Origin: Chrysomallon squamiferum
Lineage: Eukaryota; Animalia; Mollusca
NCBI GenBank assembly: GCA_012295275.1
Contig: CM022667.1
Location: forward strand, 2,418,001 to 2,482,000
DNA length: 64,000 nt
Direction of reading: 5' to 3'
In this document: one piece after another, positions 45,808-58,791 of the stretch
Numbering within the stretch: position 1 is the first letter of the stretch
How the letters are laid out: every line of letters starts with the position of its first letter
Translations under genes and position numbers: made by a program
Notes under the pieces: generated by a model
What the model was told of the DNA's origin: nothing
Seen by the model: only the letters and a program-made list of their open reading frames with translations
The model's database searches: none

Positions 45808-46200
45808 CCAGTGACGTAAAATAATTTGTAACGGATCTCTGACTAAAGTTGTGTATGAACTAATTGCTCCAGTGACGATTTGACGTCATAAGTGATTGTT
45901 ATTTAAAATAATTTGACGTCTCATACTAAAGTTGTGTATAAACTAATGACGTAATGATGATTTCGTCATTAGTTTCTATTGTTATTAGTGACGTAAAATA
46001 ATTTGTAACGGATCTCTGACTAAAGTTGTGTATAAACTATTGCTCCAGTGACGTAATGATGATTTGACGTCATAGGTCAATAGTTTCTATCATGTTGTTA
46101 CAATAGTGACGTAAAATAATTTGTAACGGATCTCTGACCAAAGTTGTGTATTAACTATTGCTCCAGTGACGTAATGATGATTTTACGTCATAGGTCAATT
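45808..46200. repeat. Tandem repeat of about 110-120 bp, rich in TGACGT motifs
   Basis: Three to four copies of gtgacgtaaaataatttgtaacggatctctgactaaagttgtgta...tgacgtcata. Confidence 0.88.
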
Positions 46201-46926
46201 GTTGTTTCTTTTGTTTATTTTTAATATTCACACTTACATAAATTATACTGAGAAATAATTTTACTGTAATTTAGCAAAAGTACTCTGAAAGCATATAGGA
46301 ATACCTTCATACATGAAATTTTTTTTTTTTCTTTGTATGTTGTAGTTTTTTAAATATATTATAACACAATATATATTAGTAATAACGAAGCTGTAATATA
46401 GTTATAACACAATATATATTAGTAATAACGAAGCTGTAATATAGTTATAACAATTTATTAACACATAAAAGTCGTGTATTTAAAAATGATTCCTTAATTT
46501 ACAATATATTCACATTTCTGGACATTTTGGAACCTAAAAAAAAAGAAAGAAAAAGAGCTTAATATGTGTATATGTGTATAATGAAGAATGCAAGAAAATA
46601 TTAGTAACTGGTACAACATTTAAATAAGAAGAAACTATAATCTTTTTATCCTTTTTTTTTTTTTCATCATTCACTCGCTCTGTACAAACTGGATTATAAA
46701 CTAAAAAAAAAAATATTTTCATATTAATCAGATATTTCAAATTTTAATTATATAATGTTCCTTAATTTTTAAATTGCAGTAAAATTCATCGAATCCGAGG
46801 TTTGAAGAAATTTATTTGCAGAAAACCTCACATGTAAATTAATGGAAAAGTATAATCCGTAACAGATATCATAGCGGTTAAAATTTCAACAGCGCAACAA
46901 GGAAAATATATTAACAAACAAACAAA

Positions 46927-46957
<31 letters not shown>

Positions 46958-47156
46958 AAATAAAGGTATTTACTGTATATACATTCAAATAAAACTTTGT
47001 CGAAGAAATATGCAAAAATATAATAGATAAAGAAAAGGCTTCCATAAAAAAAAAAAAAAAGGAAGATATTTCCTCAAAACCAACATGAATCAGTAATTAT
47101 CAGTAGAGATAATAAATAAATAAGTAAGTAAATAAATAAATAAATAAAAAAATAAG

Positions 47157-47219
<63 letters not shown>

Positions 47220-47249
47220 AAACACAAAAACAAAGAGGTGAAGACTTTT

Positions 47250-47357
47250 AAAATCACCTCGCAGCTTGAAACGCTTCTGTATACAACGTTACCAGTGACG
47301 TCAACATCCGTAATTCGCAGATTGCCGATACATCCCTACAAACTGTCCTGCGTATTC
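47250..47357 (-). CDS. LamG-B exon 5 (EYAGQFV/GCIGNLRITDVDVTGNVVYRSVSSCEVI after removing one G)
   Basis: ttacag acceptor; as read it stops at 47301-47303; the true 3' end is uncertain. Confidence 0.7.
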
Positions 47358-47553
47358 CTGTAAAACCAAATGTATACTGTTTGTAAGAAACGGCTCGAGG
47401 CTTAATTCAAGGCACCCCTCACTCTCTTCTTTCTCTCTCTGTCTGTCACTGTGTGTGTGTGTGTGTGTGTGTATATACACGTGTGTTTGTAGATATACAG
47501 ATAGATGACAGACATCATTTTGTATTTAAAACGCGCGCTCTCTGTCGTGTGTG

Positions 47554-47623
<70 letters not shown>

Positions 47624-47979
47624 AACTAATGATAGAAACTGACGAAGACAGAATATTATAGTTAGGAAAATCTTACCATGACTTCATTGTAAAGCTTATA
47701 ATAATATTTTTGAGATATGCCTCCAAATTCAAAATAGTTCGGTTTACAGGAAAGTGCATATTCCTTGTCCGCCCTCCTTCCATCGAAATGCATAAGTACA
47801 TTTGATCCAGTTTTCGTATATTCAATCTAAATACAATCTAAACATAATTTTGTATTTAAAACGTTGTGTGTGTCCGTGTGTGTGTGTGCGCGTGTGTGTG
47901 TGTTCAGTTTTCGTATATTCAATCTAAATACATTCTAGACATCATTTTGTATTTAAAACGTTTTGTGTGTGTGTGTGTG

Positions 47980-48015
<36 letters not shown>

Positions 48016-50467
48016 TGTGTGCGTGTGCGTGCGTGCGGACGTATCTGTTGAAGTCATTGTAAAAACTTTAAATTAAATTAAATTATTAAAAACTTTAAAT
48101 TAAACTATAATAAATAACAATCAGTCTTAAACGTTCACCAAAAACAGAGAATTGTTACAAAAATACTACAAGTCAAAAGAAGTTTTTTGTAACTTGTTTA
48201 TCTGTATTCATATATATATATATTGAACTATTTCCAAATAATCGTATGATTTAATAGACAATCGAACTTTAATATTAATAAAATACAATGATCAAAATCT
48301 GTCGACAAAAAAAAGAACAGATAAAGAATCACTGATCGTGAAAGTGTACAATATAGGGAGAGTGGGAAAAAAAGAATCAAACTCAACAAATGCCCGTTAC
48401 GAATAAAACGCAGCCTACCTTATATTTAATATATATATATATAGTAAACATCATTCTCAGTAATTTCGGATTATAAACATTAATACTTGTACATGCTCAT
48501 ATGTGTTTGTGCGCATTTGAATCATATATTCAGTGGTTTCAGTGAACAGTCAATTGTAACAGATCAGTCTCCACACTGCTCATAACGAGTCATTTTTTCA
48601 TAACTTATTTATCAGTTACCATTACTTGTTTTCTATATGCAATGAGGTGGTTCTATCAGATTACTTTTGCTAATCGAAAATTAAAAAAATATATATTCAC
48701 ATTCTGCAGAGGCAGCTCATTTCATTTTTAATCATCTGTACGATTCTTAACACAATTCTAGATGATGCTGGTAGATTAGAAATGTGCTTGAGCGTGTTTT
48801 CAAAAACATTCATTTCAACTGCGGCGAAATAACCAATGAAAGTTTAAAGACACGGATCTCGTGAATTTACTACGAATGAAACTCTTACATTGTGCCACTT
48901 TCCGTCATTCACTCTGAAATAAGGGAAAGGTTCGTTGAACGTGCCAGACGAGCATCTGGCAGTGAGGTACAAATGCCCTCGTTGTATCGTCAACGCTAGA
49001 ATGCTGTTAGTGTCTTCCTTCACAGTCGCGAAAAATATCAGGCCACTCAAAGAGCAGGTTTTAACAGAGAGGGCGATTTTTCCGTTACTGAAAACGAAAC
49101 CATTTAAGATTTAGTTACGAAAATTTTATATTCCATGTTCACTGATAAATAAAATGTTAAAATATTAAACAATTCCGATTAGACACGTCTTGTAATTTTG
49201 TAGGATAATGTTTTTTTTTTTTTTTTTGCCCTCCGTTATAGCTATGAAAAGCAAAATGACAAATATTTGGAATGACAAATGAATGGAATATATGACTGAT
49301 TATCACTGATGAAAGGCTTTTCTCATTATGATCATGCAGAATTATGAGATTTATTTTTAATAAAGATTTTTGTATTGATATACTTTATTGGTTCTTTTAC
49401 AGGATTATTTTAAACAGTTGTTCTAATGATTTCATGATGAAATACCACTGCACTTACAAAAACGTCTACTACTGCTACTGCTAATATTAGTACTAATGCT
49501 ATTAAACTAGTAAAACTACGTTACTAATGCTAATATTATCCTATATTCGTTATCGGTGGTTTAACAAAATAAAACAATACAAATGAGATGTAACAGGATT
49601 CGGCTGCAAAATGAGTTAGATCTATTTTTGTCAAAACTGAGACTGAAGCACTGATTGATAAGATTAACCATTGCTTCATTGAGACAAATCTTTTTTTTTT
49701 TTTTTTTTTGTGAAATCACTGACATCCAATAAAACGGGAACACTATACCTCTGTACAGATGGTGTAAAAGGGTTTAAATCTTTTCCAGGAAAACTTTTTT
49801 TTATTATTCTTTTTCTTTAAAGTGATAAATGATAGGTAAATATTTTTTTTTTTTAATTTAAATCTCTTCAGTTGTTTAGTCCTATTTAATAATTATTAAG
49901 TCAACAAATTTTACGTCCAAAAACAACCACACCCATTTTGATTACCTTGCTTTAAATGGCGTAGTGTGCATTTCCACATGACTCGTTGCGTGATTTTCGA
50001 TTCCGATTCCTTCAGTGTATCTTAAAGTATTTAAATCCTGTTATAAATTTTAAAATAGCATATATTAACATACTCATAACAGAACAGACAGTACTCAATA
50101 TTATGTGACCATACATGTCCAAACATACATGAGGATGGATATTTTAGATTACGAATAATGTTTGTATTGTCTTCCACCACCGTTTCCTTTAGCGTTAGTT
50201 TTCAAAAGATTCTGATTGTGCCTTATTGAAATACGTGTGTGTCTTATTCATACGCGAGTGATGGCGAGACCAGTGCGTGTTTTAAAACCAAGTTTCTGTG
50301 ATTGGTTAAACAAACATCATGAAAAGTGTTGTACAGTCTACGCCAGAGAGAACATTAAAAACATTCTTTTCTGTTAAGTGTCTGGTTTCCAGTCTTTATT
50401 TATTTATTTATTTATTTAGTTATTGCTGTTTTTGTATTTTTCTTCCTTTATGTGTCTTAGGCCACAT

Positions 50468-50541
<74 letters not shown>

Positions 50542-51119
50542 AGGCCTAGTTAATTTACTCTTACAATATTTTCAGTTATATTAAAATCTATACGTGATGA
50601 ATGAATTTTATTTATCTTTTTGTAACTGTTTTTCATTATTTTAATTTGTTTTCAGATTGCATATCTTTTAAAAACTGGACAGAAGTTGTTCTTCCTTATT
50701 TTCAATGTCGTTATTCAAATATACTGTCTGATAAAAGTTCCAGATTCACCTATAATCAAACTCAGGGTTATTAAAACAATGATGAATAATGTATTTAAAT
50801 ACAACAACAACAACAACAACAATAACAACAACAACAACAAGAAAAGAAATCTCTCTCTCTCTCTCTCAAAAAAAATAAAATAATAAAATAAAATAAAAAA
50901 ATAAAATCAAATAAAATAAAATATATATAGTTAACTGAATATGACCAGTAAAATGTGTTATTTGCAGCCATCAGATCGAGTACGTACTTACAAGTAACAA
51001 AATGTTCAGCTTACCGCGCACGTGTCTGCAGTAACTTTGGTCACTACCGTCAAATCCAGTAGCGCCACCATCAACACACAACTCGAAATTCGTTTTTGAA
51101 ATACGCTGTCCGAGTACAT
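47250..51119 (-). CDS. Secreted single LamG domain protein, paralog B, 5 exons; last exon frameshifted as assembled (sequencing error or young pseudogene)
   Basis: Exons 51119-51015 (MYSDSVFQKRISSCVLMVALLDLTVVTKVTADTCA), 50037-49946, 49087-48889 (...GLIFF...VNDGKWHN), 47826-47677 (...FDGRR...YFEFGG) and 47357 to about 47250. Same phases as paralog A; an extra G at 47334-47336 breaks FVGCIG. Confidence 0.82.
47677..47826 (-). CDS. LamG-B exon 4
   Basis: atttag/gtaaga boundaries; 150 nt as in paralog A. Confidence 0.86.
48889..49087 (-). CDS. LamG-B exon 3
   Basis: ORF 48844..49050; tttcag/gtaaga boundaries. Confidence 0.9.
49946..50037 (-). CDS. LamG-B exon 2 (DLNTLRYTEGIGIENHATSHVEMHTTPFKA)
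   Basis: taacag/gtaatc boundaries, phase 0/2. Confidence 0.8.
51015..51119 (-). CDS. LamG-B exon 1 (signal peptide)
   Basis: 105 nt, as in paralog A; shared DSVFQK; donor gtaagc. Confidence 0.85.
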
Positions 51120-51175
51120 GATGAACAAAACAATTAGATTTTACTGCTGTTACTTTCGTTTATTTAAAAAAATAT

Positions 51176-51268
51176 TGAATCTTGAATCTTGAAAAAAAAA
51201 AAAATTAACGTGCTGTTAACGAACTGTTGTGAAGCACGTCTACGACAGGCACGCTTTCTGACAGGTCC
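51176..51268 (-). mobile_element. Second copy of the same SINE-like tail, upstream of the LamG-B start codon
   Basis: Reverse complement gacctgtcagaaagcgtgcctgtcgtagacgtgcttcacaacag...gcacgttaa(t)n(caagatt)n matches 55468-55572. Confidence 0.6.
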
Positions 51269-52467
51269 GAAAATATTCGCTGTTCCAAAGTTTTATATAT
51301 TTTGCATGCTGCAGGTGGCGTGTTGAGGTGTTGAACTGCGCATGCGGCTATTCGGTACTCTCGTCAAGCAGACAGACGACATGTGACATTATTAGTGAAG
51401 AGCTAACGGAGGATGGTACCTTGACTGACAGGTGATGTCGATATTTCGTAATAATCGGTTCGTCAGTCAAATAAATGCACGCTGTCGTCTGCATCGAGAA
51501 TGAACTTAATTTAATTTGTTGTGTTTGCTTTGCTACATTAAAATGAACGAAATTAAAGAGATATATTGCGCTAAATCGGTGAAAGCTAAATATACTGAAT
51601 GTGATCATAAAACAACATATATCTTCTAGACGATATCGGTTTAAGTATTTAAAGATGAACCAAAATCAATTTATTTAAAATATGCAGAAATTCTTTTTTT
51701 TAATGTTTCTGTTGTTCATTTAAGTATTGGTTCACCCAAGCAATGGCCAGTCACAGGAGAGAATCCAGAGAGAGAGAGAGAGGGAGACACACAAACACAA
51801 CTGAAAAATATATTTATGCATATCTAAATTATGGATTTATATTTTTCAAAATACCTATAGTGATGGTTGTATTTTGCATAATTTTGTTTCTAAAATAGGC
51901 TTGCTTATTTATTATGTTCAAGCCTATTTTGAAAACAGAATTAAGCAAAGTACGTATTGCAAATTAATTTTAAATAAACATCCGCTACAGGAAGACAAGG
52001 CAAAACAAAACCTGGTGGCATTACAACATTTTCTTTATGTTATTCTGTATGCGGCTGACGGGACATTCTGTACCACTGAATTAAACACGTGCAAACAATC
52101 TTCACATTTGGCTTTGAAAACTCCTTTTTTTTTTTCAATATGGCTGCCGTCGACATCTGCTGTTCGGCATATTAGAAGATCGGACTGTAGCATGTTATTT
52201 AAAAAATAAATGTCACAGTTTTCTCTCGACACTCCTTTGTTAATGATAATAATGATAATAATAAATTATAAATAAATATAAATAATAATTAAATAATATA
52301 TATATGTGTGTGTGTGTGTGTATAGTAAACGTTTTCGTTTTAAAATTAATACAGTTCGGTGTTTGTTTCTTTCACATCAAAAAGCTTAACTTAAAATGAT
52401 TGTAATACATGATTCTGTGTTATGCTAAAAATATGTTACTAAATATACATAAAACTTTATTTTTGTT

Positions 52468-52498
<31 letters not shown>

Positions 52499-52605
52499 TT
52501 TTTTTTTTATTTATCTATTTTTTTTTTTTTTTTTGAATGTCAATAACATCTGTAGCAGATTATGTTTATGCCAAAGATAACGACGAAAACATTCATGTTT
52601 TCCTG

Positions 52606-52700
<95 letters not shown>

Positions 52701-52714
52701 TAATGTGTGTGTTT

Positions 52715-52755
<41 letters not shown>

Positions 52756-52913
52756 TGTGTGTGTATGTCAGATTCATTTGATATGTGTCCTTTATTTATT
52801 TTGTTATTTATCTATTATACGGAAGAGTGTATTTGTTGAATATGAAATGTATATTAAAAATAAACTTATTTAAAAGATAATTAATACACCTCTTTATACA
52901 CTTACATTTTTCA

Positions 52914-53514
52914 CAGGTACCATGTGTAATAATATGTCGGATGATAAATAAAAAATAAAATAAATTTAATAATAATAATTAAAAATGTATTTAACAGTTA
53001 TTGAGTACAGGTGTATAAGGACAGTGCTGAGAAGAAGAAGCGGATGATGTCCATTGAATTAAAGCATGAAATCATAGAAAAACATGAGCGATGTATGCGT
53101 GTCAACTTGACTAGGCAGTACGAGTATAGGAGTTCTCAGATATCTACCATACTGAAGCAACAGGATTCGATAAAGACTTTAACTCCAGCCAAAGGTGTCA
53201 AAATAATTTCTGAGCTGCGGACCTCTGTCCATGAAAAGATGGAGAAACCCTAACTCTGTACACTTTAAAAAACTCTGTATTTCTTTACATTCTCTTTTAT
53301 TTTGTTTTTTTTATACAATATTTGTCATTTACAAATACATCTTTTTTATTTAAAAACACGTTACAAAAGAAATAAGGTGGGTTTAGGGGGGCTAGAACGG
53401 ATTAATGGTATTTCAGTTAGTTTCAGTTGGGAAAACTGATTTGATGTACGAGCAAATTGAGTTACAAGCGTAACCACGGAACGAATTATACTCATAAGTC
53501 AAGGTACCACTATA
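52914..53514 (+). mobile_element. Tigger/pogo-family transposon relic (CENP-B N-terminal HTH fragment)
   Basis: ORF 53011..53253 KKKRMMSIELKHEIIEKHER...ISTILK resembles the Tigger HTH-psq domain; the 3' end ...ataagtcaaggtaccactata resembles a Tigger-type TIR plus TA. Confidence 0.78.
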
Positions 53515-53704
53515 GCAAGGTATACTTCTAACAAATTATAAATGAAAAATAAGTCCCAATTATTGTGGGTGTGTATAATATATCATTATAGTTCAAATTA
53601 ATAGTCAAACTGAAACAAAAACAAATACAAAATTTTTAATGAGATTTATTTTTAGCAATAAATTGTCAAAAATATCCTGAAACAATTGTCGCCATCTTAA
53701 TTAT

Positions 53705-53778
<74 letters not shown>

Positions 53779-54786
53779 AAATTCTGTTTTTATATTTCGA
53801 TAATATATGAGAATATCTGATAATATTTAAAAATACATATTTTCAGTTGTGTCTGTGTGTCTACCTCTCTCTCTCGGTTTATGTGCGTGTATGTGTATAA
53901 ATAATATGTGTGTGTATTTCATTAACTGTACAGCTAATAATTATGATGTCACATATATTTACTGAGGTAATTTCAAGAGAATGAAATTCAGGGTCAAATA
54001 AAAGGTTAGACGTTTACCGTATTTTCCTTTAGAATCCTCATCAAATTACTTTTCCATAATTCCAAAATTATTGATGTCGACTAGTAATGCCAAGTCCAAA
54101 CGACACAGCATCAGGAAATTTGGAAATGGTGAGGTTTAACCCAATAATAAATTCGTTTGAAAGCGTTCTTGGATTTGGTATGAACAAGGATACGGTATGT
54201 AATTATATACATGCATGTATGTATGTATTTTGGTATTAGTACTCTCTCTCTCTCTTTCTCTCTCCGTGTATGTGTCTCTGTATGTGTGTTTTAATAATAA
54301 TGCAAGGAAATATTAGAGGAATGTAATTAAAAACATAACCTTTTTTCCATTCCAAAATGTCAGTTCACCTTATTTCATTCACAACTAATACACTGATTTT
54401 AAATTAAAACATTTTTTTTTTTATGTTATACACAAATTTTTTTAAATTTTACATTTTAATTACTCTTTTATTTTTTAAATCACAGTAAAATTCATCGAAT
54501 ATACAGAGTAATTAATAACCGATATGATAGCTATAAACATTCATAAACACCTCAAGGAAGTTATATAAATCAATAAGGACAACACACAAGAACATACATG
54601 TGTTTACATTACAAGTGATAATTTTAAATAAAACTTCACTGAACTACTGAGAAAGAAAATAACTAGAACAATAAATATAAAATAAATAAATAAAGAAAGA
54701 AATATCAACAGAGGTAAAAAAGTAATAATAATAAGAAGAAGAAGAAGAAGAAGATGGAAGGAAAGAAGAACGAACAGAAAGAATGT

Positions 54787-54891
54787 TCACATGAACTGGC
54801 AGGTGGAAGTGTAGGTATACAAAGGAAAACCCCTAATGGAGGGAGTGAAAGTCACTTTGCCTATACAGCCATCGAAATGACCACGATCTTT
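54787..54891 (-). CDS. LamG-A exon 5 (KDRGHFDGCIGKV...TCQFM*)
   Basis: ttgcag acceptor; FxGCI motif. Confidence 0.88.
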   Translation of the reverse strand, partial: KDRGHFDGCIGKVTFTPSIRGFPLYTYTSTCQFM

Positions 54892-54922
54892 CTGCAAAAG
54901 AAAAGAAAAGGAATATAAGCTT

Positions 54923-54965
<43 letters not shown>

Positions 54966-57900
54966 GAATACAAACTTAAAATAATTGTAAAAGTCAAAAA
55001 AAAAAAATAACAATAATTTAAAAAAATAAAAAAAAAAAAAAATAATAATAATAATGAATGGTTATATTTAAGAGATGAGATTAAAATATCCGAACGAATG
55101 AGTGTATCTTACAATTTTTTTAATTTTAATTTTTTTTTAACATATATTTATTTAGTTTATATTATCATCATCATCATCATCATCATCATTATTACTACTA
55201 TTACTATACTCTGTCAAGAAAGAAACGAACAGGTCAATTATTCGTGGAATTATCTCTTACAAACTGCTATAATTTTGTAATTTATGATCGTATCACAGTA
55301 AAATTTGACACGAGTATTTCACAATGTTCTCGCTGTGGGCAGACGGCAGAGAAGGCGTTATGATCAGCAGACAGCATCCGCAAGAGGTCGCTGCAATCAG
55401 TACCTTGTCTGGCCACCAGCAACAGCAATCACAACCTGAATTTTAGTATGTGAATCCGGGCTCGGTTGACCTGTCAGAAAGCGTGCCCGTCGTAGACGTG
55501 CTTCACAACAGCTTGTTCTGATTAGCACGTTAATTTTTTTTTTTTTTTTTTTTCAAGGTTCAAAGTTCAAGAATCCTAGCCCATTCTTCCAACACTTGAG
55601 ATTCCGGGTCATGCTGGCGAACGCGTTTCTTCCAGTTCGTCCCACTGATGTTCAACAAGCGTGTGGTGGAGATCTGACGATCTTTTGGGGGCCATATTAA
55701 TGTTCTTGTTCTTTGGCAAATCCACTGAAACACGAGCCGCGCGCGTGCGCCTCGTGTTGTCCTGCTGAATAAATTATCTCTGTAAGATTAAGGCCTTTTT
55801 TTTTTTTTTTTTTTTCACTCTGACTGTTCGGGGAGCAATTGCAGAACCCGGATGTAGCGACGTGTTCCACTTCAGCTGACTCAAACTGTTGATGCCTGCC
55901 TGCCTTCCCAGACGTGAAATGGTGGCGTGATGGACGTTCACGTCGCGTGCTATTGTTGTCTAACCTGGAGGCGGTCTGTTTAGCAGTTTTGATTCGGCAG
56001 GGCTCAGCCTTGGCATTTTGTGACTCGTCTACGTCATAAATGGAAACGAGGCATCAGTACCGCAATGTCTGCGAGCATTAGTTTCACGAGCATTTGTCGA
56101 AATCTGAGCGTTTGAAGCCGATTTTGTGCAACTGTAGCGCAACGTGCCACTAACATGAGCTAGATTTGTGCATTCTGTCCTATTCGAGGAATATTAACAG
56201 ACGTAGTCGTTCAACATTGTACAAAAGAAAGATAGTTTTTTTGTAAAATCAAATCCTTTTCTTCTTGCCCTATCAACTATGCGTTTCTTTTTTTTATAGA
56301 GTTTATTTTCAGCTTTGGTTTTATTATTATTATGATTATTATCATCATCATCACATCATCATCATCATCATTATCGTTATTATCATTACCAAATCATCAT
56401 CATCATCATTATTATTATTATTATTATTTTTGAAATCATTCAGTCAGTCTTTTCTTTTCAAAATGGCATGAGGATGGAATACGAGAACTCACGCGCGTGA
56501 CAACAATAATCATATATATAATCAAAAAACTAATCTGGGACACTAAATATTCATTTTGAAAAATAATTTAGTGGCCCAAATAACACGCACACGCACACAC
56601 GCACACACGCACGCACACATAGAGGTGTATCATACATACGAAGCTATTGTAAGAACTGTCAGTTTAACTGAAGAAGGCAAAATTTAAAACTGATCTTACG
56701 AGAAATCCATCGTAAATTCTGTGGTAAAGTCTTGAGTTTACACCTCCAAACTCGAAATAGTCCAGTCTGCAGTTCACTTGATAGCTACGTGACTGACGCC
56801 TTCCATCCACTAGAACAGTTCCGTATGCTCCATCTTTCTTAAATACAATCTAAACACAGAAATAATAATCATTCTCAACAGATCATCACATATGTAGTAA
56901 TTCTGTAAACGTTACTTGCTAAAATTAAAAAAAAAAAAAACCCACAAAACACCCTCAAAAAAATATCTTGTTTCTGTTTCAAGAAGGAAGAATATAAAAC
57001 AAATGAAAAAAACAACAAAAAAAAAACAACAACAAAAAAAAAAAAAAAAAAAATTAATGGTTGATGCTTCATAGTCGTCGATTGGAAGTGTGTTGAAAGT
57101 GTCATTAAAATATTTATTTCAACCGCAGAGAAAGAACGAAAGCTACTTTATTAAAACCATAGATCTGTGAAAACATTTACACTGTGCCATTTTCCGTCAT
57201 CAACTTTAGGACCATTTAAGTCAATATCTAAATCAGCCGATGAGCACTTAGCAAAGAATTTTAACCTTCCTTCTATCAGCAGCAAAGTCACAAGCCTCCT
57301 TTCGTCGTCTTCGACAGTTCCGTAGAAAAGGATGCCGTTCGGTTGATCGGCTTTGAAACTGAAGGACAGCCTCGAACTGAAATGAAAACCATTTGACATT
57401 AGAAATAATTTTACTAGTGATTCAACAGTAAAGGCTTAAAATTTTAATGCCGTACATTCTGATTCTTCATGTGATTTTGCAAGTTTGTTCACAGTATCCG
57501 GGAAAAGTGAATATATATTCTTTTTTTTTCTTTTTTTTTTTTTTCCTCAGACACAGACAGATCAAAACAATTTATATCACGTGATATCAAAGGAAACGAA
57601 ATTGGTCCAATCAGTGTATCTAATTATTTCTACTGCTGATACTGCTGACATTACTATAATTACAGCTGCATTATTATGCTGTTACTGTTGAACAAATGTA
57701 ACCCAGTACGCATGGAGTGACATAATTAAAACAATACAAGTACAATGTCAAAAAAAATTCTGGAGCTCAGCTATAAAATGAGTTAGATTCATTTTTGTCA
57801 AAGCTGAGACTGAAGTACTGATTGATAGTGATTAACCATTGCTTCATTGTGACAGACGTCTTTTCAGGGATCATTTTTGTTTTTGAATTCTTTTTGTTCT

Positions 57901-58547
57901 TTTTTCTTTAAAAGTGATAAATAATCCGTAATGTCTTTTACAAATAAGCTCTTCGACTCTAGAACCCTAATTACATTTGTATATGCACACACACACACAC
58001 ACACACACAAGCATGCACGCACGTACTCACAAAAGAACAATACAAGCATGTATTTACCCGTTCCTATAAAATGGGGAAGTGCGGATGCGGACTCGACTCA
58101 GTAAGGATGGTTCCAGTCGTATTCCGAATTTTCCGTAAATCGTGTTTTCTTTAACCTGTCATAAATGTTAATAGTAAATATTAACTAATTTGTACACATA
58201 CTTATGTTAACACACACACACATATATATATATATATAAAACAGATCCATATAAACATACGTATACTACCAATCTCATACACAGTGTTCAGAAAAATCTA
58301 ATTTATGATCTGTGGTGTCGTTTTGTTTTGTTTCGCTTTCTCCTTCTCGTTTTTGAATCTGCTTTTCTGGTGCGTAATAGTTGTTCATTGACTGATTTTT
58401 TTCTGGCATGTCTCTCACTATCTATCTATCTGTCTGTCTGTCTATCTGTCTGTTTGTCTCTCTGGCTTTCTGTATTATATATCTGCCTCTCTGTGTCTAT
58501 GCCTGTCGTTATGTCTTTTTCACAACTCTTATTCTATTTGTCAATTT

Positions 58548-58646
<99 letters not shown>

Positions 58647-58730
58647 TTTTCTTTTTTACTTACAAATTTAATTAAAATAAGAAACGAAAATAAAATCCCA
58701 ACAGAATAAAGCAACCACTTAAGAAAACGT

Positions 58731-58791
<61 letters not shown>

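Noticed and set aside
47235-47260. Short inverted repeat gaggtga...tcacctc at the LamG-B 3' end
   Set aside because: A 7-bp stem is expected by chance; it is not conserved in paralog A, and bacterial-type terminators do not apply here
57765-57860. Possible C/D-box snoRNA in the conserved LamG intron block
   Set aside because: No proper RUGAUGA box C, and the CUGA seen in A is CCGA in B; kept only as a conserved block or candidate acceptor
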